From contig CAWKHF010000001.1 of assembly GCA_963849325.1 (NCBI GenBank), positions 320,001 through 384,000 of the forward strand: a stretch of DNA of 64,000 nucleotides, written 5' to 3'. A program made the translations under genes and the position numbers. A model generated the notes under the pieces. It made no database searches, had not been told where the DNA came from, and saw only the letters and a list, made by a program, of their open reading frames with translations. The stretch comes from an uncultured Planctomycetota bacterium (GTDB lineage Bacteria > Planctomycetota > Planctomycetia > Gemmatales > Gemmataceae). Positions 58,525 through 64,000 of this stretch are shown here, one piece after another (within the stretch, counting starts at the first letter, position 1; each line of letters starts with the position of its first letter).

Positions 58525-58606
58525 TGTTCGCACCTTCGCTGTGGAAAGCGGGCAAGTCAGCCGTTACTCTTGAAAGGAGGGAAGAGTATCTTTCGAGGCT
58601 TCCTCA

Positions 58607-61166
58607 ATGTATCCGCGTCATGCCTTCTCGATCGTCATCGCTGCCTTCGCCTTCCTGGCGGGACAATCCTCCTGTGCCGAGCCGCACGCGGCCAGGGATG
58701 GGAAGTCTCCAGCGAAAGACCAGCCTGCCCGCGTCGATCACTACGGCGATCCCCTGCCCAAGGGGGCTCGCTTTCGCCTGGGCACCGTGCGCCTGCGGCA
58801 CGATGGCGACGTGATGGCTCTGGCCTGGCTACCCGATGGCCGCACCCTGGCGTCGGCGAGTTGGGATCGCACCGTTCGCCTGTGGCAAATCCCCAGCGGC
58901 AAGCAACTCGCTCAATGGGACAACCGGGAAGGCGTCGTCTTTTCGCCGGATGGCCGAAGCCTAGCTTGCGGCGACGGAAACCCCTTCGGAGAGGAGGAGG
59001 AAGTGATCCGCATCGTCAATGTCGCCACCGGCAAGGAGCGCCGCCGCCTTCCTGTGCGAAAAACCGGCGGAGCCCTCTCCAACGTCAGCGCCCGGCTACC
59101 ATTTAGCTTTTTATTCCCCCAATGGAAAGATCCTCGCCGTCCGCGAAGGAGGATCAGGATCAGGGGTCCAGCTGTATGCCGTGGACAGCGGCAAAGAGCT
59201 CGGTCATCTGAATGCAACAGCGGCCGGCTTTGGGCGTCCCGTAGTGTTCACGCCGGATAGCCGTGCTGTACTCGTGGCGACCGATGAAGGAGTCCTCCAC
59301 TGGACGATTGGTACGGGCGCAAAAAGAAAGTCTTGGAGGACATGCAAGGACAGAAAAAGGTGTTTTCCCTCGCTTTCTCCCCTGATAGCAAGATGCTGGC
59401 GGCCGTTGTCAACGACGACAGCATCACTCTACGAAGTTGGCCTGCGGGCAAGGAATTACGCCGACTCCCAATACGGAATGATGGGTTGGCGACTTTACAT
59501 TGACGGGAACGTTTTAACGTTCTCGCCCGATGGACAGCTACTGGCCTTAAGCGAAAGAGGAACCATCCGCCTGTGGAACCCGGCCACCGGCGAGTCGGTG
59601 CGTCAATTCGAGGCACACCGGGACGATATTTGGGCACTCGCCTTTTCTCCGGATGGTTCCCTGCTCGCTTCCGCCGGCAGAGATAATGCGGTGACTGTGT
59701 GGGAGGTGCGGCCGGGAAAATCGCCACGCCCACTGACAGGCGTAGGGCACTGGCTGGACCTCCTCGGTTTGGCCGCCGACGGTCAAACGCTGCTGACTCG
59801 CTCTGCGGAAGGTTCCTTGAACGTGTGGGATGTTCGCGATGGCCGCCGCCTGCGCACCCTGGCGAACGGAGAAGACCGCATCGAACGGTTCCTCTTCGGT
59901 CCTGATACCGGCCGGACCCTGGCGTTGCTGTGGCAGGACGTGCAGAGAGGCCGGGATCGTCCAGCGTTTTCCAGAGAGAGAATCTGCTGCTCCGCCTTCG
60001 CACCCGACAACGCCTTGTTGGCCATTGGCAGCGTCGAGGATGGCAGCATCCTCCTCTTACGCAAGACGGACGAAGGCATCGAGCACTGCCGCCTGGAGGA
60101 TAGCGCCCCCGTCCAAGAGGCGAAGAAGCGTAGACTCACCATCTCGGTGGATAAGCTAACCTTCTCTCCCGATGGCCGAACGCTGGCAGCCACGTACAGC
60201 GACGGCCGCCTGATCCTGTGGGAGTCGCGCACAGGTCGGCCGCGCCATATCCTCTCCTTACCCAGACATGGCAATCCCTATCGGTGTTTGGAGTTCTCTC
60301 CCGATGGCCGTCTGCTGGCCCTGTCGAACCGGAACGCTCTCTATCTGGTTGAGTCGGCCAGCGGACAACGATTCAAGGAATGGCCCCTCGGTTCGGATTG
60401 GATCGATTCCGTGGTTTTTGCTCCCGACAACCGCACTCTTGCCGCCGGCGACACAGGCCCTCTTGCAACCATCCGCCTGTGGGATTTGCCCACGGAAAAG
60501 TCAATCCACGTCCTGCGCGGCCATCGGGATAGTGTCCGCACCCTGGCCTTTTCGCCGGACGGCACCTCGCTTCTTTCGGGTAGCGATGACCGCACCGTTC
60601 TTTGCTGGGATGTCGCCGCCGTGATGCGCCGCCGCGTGCCGAGCAAGAAACTTTCCGCCGACCAATGCACCGACCTCTGGACCGACCTGGCGTCCAAGGA
60701 TGCCTCGCGCGCTCAGCGAGCCGTCGCCACGTTCATTCAGCCTGCCGATTCCACGCTGCCGTTTCTCGACAAGCAATTGCCTCCCGTGTCCGCGGCGCAA
60801 ATGAGCCGTGTCAAGGCGCTGATCGCCGATCTGGACCACGAGGAATTCACGCGACGGGAAAAGGCTTCGCGCGAGCTGGAGAAGATCGCCGAGGTAGCTG
60901 CTCCGGCGTTGCGTCAGGCGGTCCAGGAAAATCCCTCCCTGGAGATGCGCGAGCGCATCGAGGCCATCCTCGCCGCGCTGGATGAACGGCCGCTCTCTCC
61001 CGAGCGCCTACGCACCATCCGCGCCTTGCAGGTGTTGGAGACTATCGGCACGCCGCAGGCACAGCGAATCCTCGAAGGCTTGGCCCACGGCGCAGCCGAG
61101 GCTTGGCTGACGCACGAAGCGAAGGCGTCACTGCAACGCCTGGTCCGACGCTATGCCCAACCGTAG
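58607..61166 (+). CDS. Exported WD40-repeat protein with C-terminal helical repeat (apparent frameshifts ~59090-59450)
   Basis: DHYGDPLPKGARFRLGTVRLRH; repeated AFSPDG..LAS...D..V..W. Confidence 0.8.
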
Positions 61167-61204
61167 GAGCAAAGCTCCACGATGCGGATTCGCGGTCCCA
61201 TGCG

Positions 61205-62536
61205 TCAATCCCGCGCTTTCTTCCGCTGTTCTTCGACGAGGGTGCGGAGCGCGCGTACCTCGCTTTCCAACTGCTGGACGCGGCGTTCGAGAACGGGATC
61301 GACGGGGATGGGTCTCGTGACCGAGACCGCAGGATTTTGGATGATTTTCGCCAGGTGCTTTTGAATCGCGGCCTCGGCCTCTTCGAGGCTCAGACCCTTG
61401 ATGGCCACGCGGCCATAGACGGGACCAAGGGCAACCTTGCCGCTGGCCTCAACCTGGAAGACGCCCTGGATGGGCCTGGCTGGCAGGAGGTCCGCGCGCG
61501 GATGTCGAGAAGATCTCCAGGCCGGATGATGTCGTCCTTGTCGAGAGCGGCCGGCGCAGACGGCTTTCGCGCCGGCGTGGACGGCGCTGGCTTGTTGCGC
61601 TCGGCCGTTTCCGGATTCCCCTTGTCCTTCTTCGGCTCGGCCGCTTGCGCCACGGCCTCCGGCTCAGCCGCTCGGGTTCGATAGGCGAATACGCTCGCCG
61701 TTCCGCCGGCGCCGAGGAGGGCCGTCAGAAACAGCACGACCACGACGAGCTTGAGTTTGGTCAGGAACATGCTTCGCAACACTCCTTCCGCCAAAGCGGC
61801 GACAGGGGCCGAGAGAGCACCCGTCGTGACCGCTGGACCCGCCGCGATCCCCATCGCGGCCTTGAGAGTGGACAACACGAGAGGCGCCGGCACAAACGCC
61901 GTCGCCACGGAAAACCCGGCTGTCAACGTAGCCACCGGCAGGGCCAAACCCTGCCGGAGCAGCCGCCTGGCCAGCAGGGCTCGGCCGCGCGCCAGCCGAC
62001 CCGCCACGGTCCCTTCGGGCCAGCCCAGTCGCTCCGCCGCCTCGCGGCGCGTCCGTCCTTCCAGTTCGCACAACACGATCGGCAGCCGATATTTCTCCGG
62101 CAGACGACTTAAGGCCTCGTCCAGCAGCGACAACCGATCGTCGTCCACTTCCTCTCCTGGCGCTTCCGATCGCGCCATCGCCTTCTCGTGGTGTCGGCGG
62201 CGTGCGGCGGTTCGCCTGGCGTTCAGCGCGGTGCGCCGGGCCACGCCGTGCAGCCAATCGCCCAGCACGGCGCGCGAGGTCAACGAAGCGGCCTTGCGCA
62301 CGAGAACGATGAACGTGGCCTGGAAGGCATCCTCGGCGTCGTGGGTATCGCGCAGCAGACGACGACAGACGCCCAGCACCATCGGCCCGTGCCGCCGCAC
62401 CAGTGCCGCGAACGCCGCCTCGTCCCGCCGGGCGAGGAATTGTCCGAGCAGCTGGCCGTCGGTTTGGCCCTCGGCGCCGTGCGTGCGCCGCCCGCAGCAA
62501 CTCCTCGATTTCCACACGGGCGCGATGGCTCGCCAC
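61205..62536 (-). CDS. ECF sigma factor with C-terminal TM helix and extracytoplasmic domain (apparent frameshifts near 62480 and 61500-61410)
   Basis: TDGQLL..F...RDEAAFAALVRRHGPMVLGVCRR, DAEDAFQATF, LPEKYRLPIVLC.LEG, GTVAGRLARGR; GGAGG RBS with GTG start. Confidence 0.85.
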
Positions 62537-62658
62537 CTGTTCCTCCGCTTGTCTCTTGGCTCGATCCGCCCTCCTGTTATAGTGGCGCGAGGGGGCGGGA
62601 TTTGATACGAAATTTTTCGTGAATGGTGGAAAGGCTCTCTTTTGTGCGAGAAACAACC

Positions 62659-63183
62659 ATGCTTTCCGATCCTCGTTTCGCCGTCCTCGAAGGCGACATC
62701 ACTCGGCAACAGGTCGATGCCATCGTCAACGCGGCCAACACGTCGCTCCTTGGCGGTGGCGGCGTCGATGGCGCCATTCACCGCGCCGCCGGGCCGGAGC
62801 TGCTGGCGGAATGCCGCACTCTCCACGGCTGCGACACCGGCGCGGCCAAGATCACGCGCGGCTATCGACTGCCGGCCCCGCACGTCCTGCACACCGTCGG
62901 ACCCGTCTGGGACGGCGGCCAGCGCGGCGAGGAGGACTTGCTGGCGCAGTGCTATCGGAGCTGTTTTCGCCTGATGACGGAGCACGGCCTGCGTTCGATC
63001 GCCTTCCCCGCCATCAGCTGCGGCGCCTACGGCTTCCCCCTCGACCGCGCCGCCGCCATCGCCGTGGACGAGATCCAACGCTTCCTGGAGGACAACAAAG
63101 AAGTGGAGCGCGTCGTCGTCGTCTGCTACAACCGAGAGGTGTACGAGGCGTATCAAGCGCTTTGGCAACGACCTCCCGTTTAG
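62659..63183 (+). CDS. Macrodomain O-acetyl-ADP-ribose deacetylase (YmdB-like)
   Basis: GDIT...[41 protein letters not shown]. Confidence 0.93.
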   Translation: MLSDPRFAVLEGDITRQQVDAIVNAANTSLLGGGGVDGAIHRAAGPELLAECRTLHGCDTGAAKITRGYRLPAPHVLHTVGPVWDGGQRGEEDLLAQCYRSCFRLMTEHGLRSIAFPAISCGAYGFPLDRAAAIAVDEIQRFLEDNKEVERVVVVCYNREVYEAYQALWQRPPV

Positions 63184-63230
63184 CCGCGACGCGCAGCGGA
63201 GCGCGCTTCGCTGCGCGTCGCGGCTAAACG
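63177..63230. repeat. REP-like palindrome, family B
   Basis: Left arm GTTTAG supplies the macrodomain gene stop codon. Confidence 0.88.
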
Positions 63231-63266
63231 AGGGAGAGGTCCATGAGATTCATTCGGGAGTTCCTC

Positions 63267-64000
63267 ATGCGTATCGCATCCCTGCTGCTGCTCCTGACCG
63301 CGAGTGTGGCGACAGCGGCGGAGCCGAAGCCCTCCGGTTGGAAGGCCGGCATCGCCGTGCAGGTCATCACGCCGCAACAGCCCATGTGGATGGCCGGCTA
63401 CGCCAGCCGTAACAAGCCCGCCGAAGGCAAGCTCACCGAGTTGTACGTCAAGGCGCTGGCCCTGGAAGATCCGCACGGCGGACGGCTCGTGCTGCTGACC
63501 AGCGACCTCGTCGGCATCCCGCGTCACCTGTCGGTGGCCGTCGCCGAGGAAGTGCGCCAGCGCAAGGGATTGCCGCGCGAACGGCTGATGCTCACCGTGT
63601 CGCACACGCACTGCGGGCCGGTCCTCAACGATTCGCTGCACACCATGTACGACATGCCGCCGGAGGAAGCGAAAAAGATCGAGCCGTACACCCGAAAGGT
63701 CAAGGACTGGATGATCGACGTCATCGTCCGCGCCGTGGACGACCTGAAACCGGCCCAGCTGTCGTTCGGCACGGGCACGGCGCGCTTCGCGGTCAATCGC
63801 CGTAAACCGACGCCGCAGGGCTTCCAGAACGCCGCCAACCCGGAAGGGCCGGTCGAACACGGCGTCCCCGTGCTGCGCGTCGAGGGGCCGGACGGCAAGC
63901 TCCGCGCCGTCGCCTTCGGCTACGCCTGCCACAATACGACGCTGTCATTCTACCAGTGGTGCGGCGATTACGCCGGCTTCGCGCAGGCGTACCTCGAAGA
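63267..64000 (+). CDS. Neutral/alkaline ceramidase N-terminal-domain-like exported protein (runs off the window)
   Basis: Signal peptide; ITP..PMWMAGYASR, LYVKALALED, SHTHCGP, VNRR, GYACHNT. Confidence 0.8.
   Translation, partial: MRIASLLLLLTASVATAAEPKPSGWKAGIAVQVITPQQPMWMAGYASRNKPAEGKLTELYVKALALEDPHGGRLVLLTSDLVGIPRHLSVAVAEEVRQRKGLPRERLMLTVSHTHCGPVLNDSLHTMYDMPPEEAKKIEPYTRKVKDWMIDVIVRAVDDLKPAQLSFGTGTARFAVNRRKPTPQGFQNAANPEGPVEHGVPVLRVEGPDGKLRAVAFGYACHNTTLSFYQWCGDYAGFAQAYLE

Overview
High-GC bacterial chromosome segment, almost certainly from a planctomycete (Gemmataceae-like). This rests on TIGR03000-type, DUF1501 and 'YGDPLP..RLG' WD40 proteins, ECF-kinase pairs and a planctomycete-type EF-Tu switch region. 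Single-base indels break many essential genes, which is best explained by long-read assembly error. Content, left to right: a degenerate REC/HD-GYP regulator; a cobalt-type nitrile hydratase operon; an acyl-ACP desaturase-like gene; the core cluster tRNA-Thr/Tyr/Gly/Thr-tuf-rpmG-tRNA-Trp-secE-nusG-rplKAJL-rpoBC-rpsL-(Zn-ribbon ORF)-rpsG-fusA; a deoxy-sugar/sugar-acid catabolic operon; MFS, STAS and GDPD genes; a Cys/Gly-rich exported protein divergent from an SdpA-like/HTTM pair; LOG; an ECF sigma plus a Ser/Thr kinase with two DUF1080 domains; two DUF433/DUF5615 toxin-antitoxin-like pairs; DUF1501; gluconolactonase; a metallophosphoesterase fusion; a kynurenine-pathway trio; hom; a permease; WD40; a membrane-anchored ECF; a macrodomain protein; and a partial ceramidase-like gene. 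The most notable signals are: (1) an HNH endonuclease gene that exactly fills the tRNA-Gly/tRNA-Thr spacer of the tuf tRNA operon; (2) a c-di-GMP-I riboswitch with its own promoter and terminator but no cognate downstream gene, pointing antisense into the kinase gene; (3) a GxxExxY nuclease cassette bounded by ~39-bp inverted repeats inside an operon, plus four 'empty' heptamer-array hairpins directly after rpmG, nusG, rpoB and rpoC; and (4) several REP-like palindrome families. All family assignments come from motif recognition by eye, not database searches.
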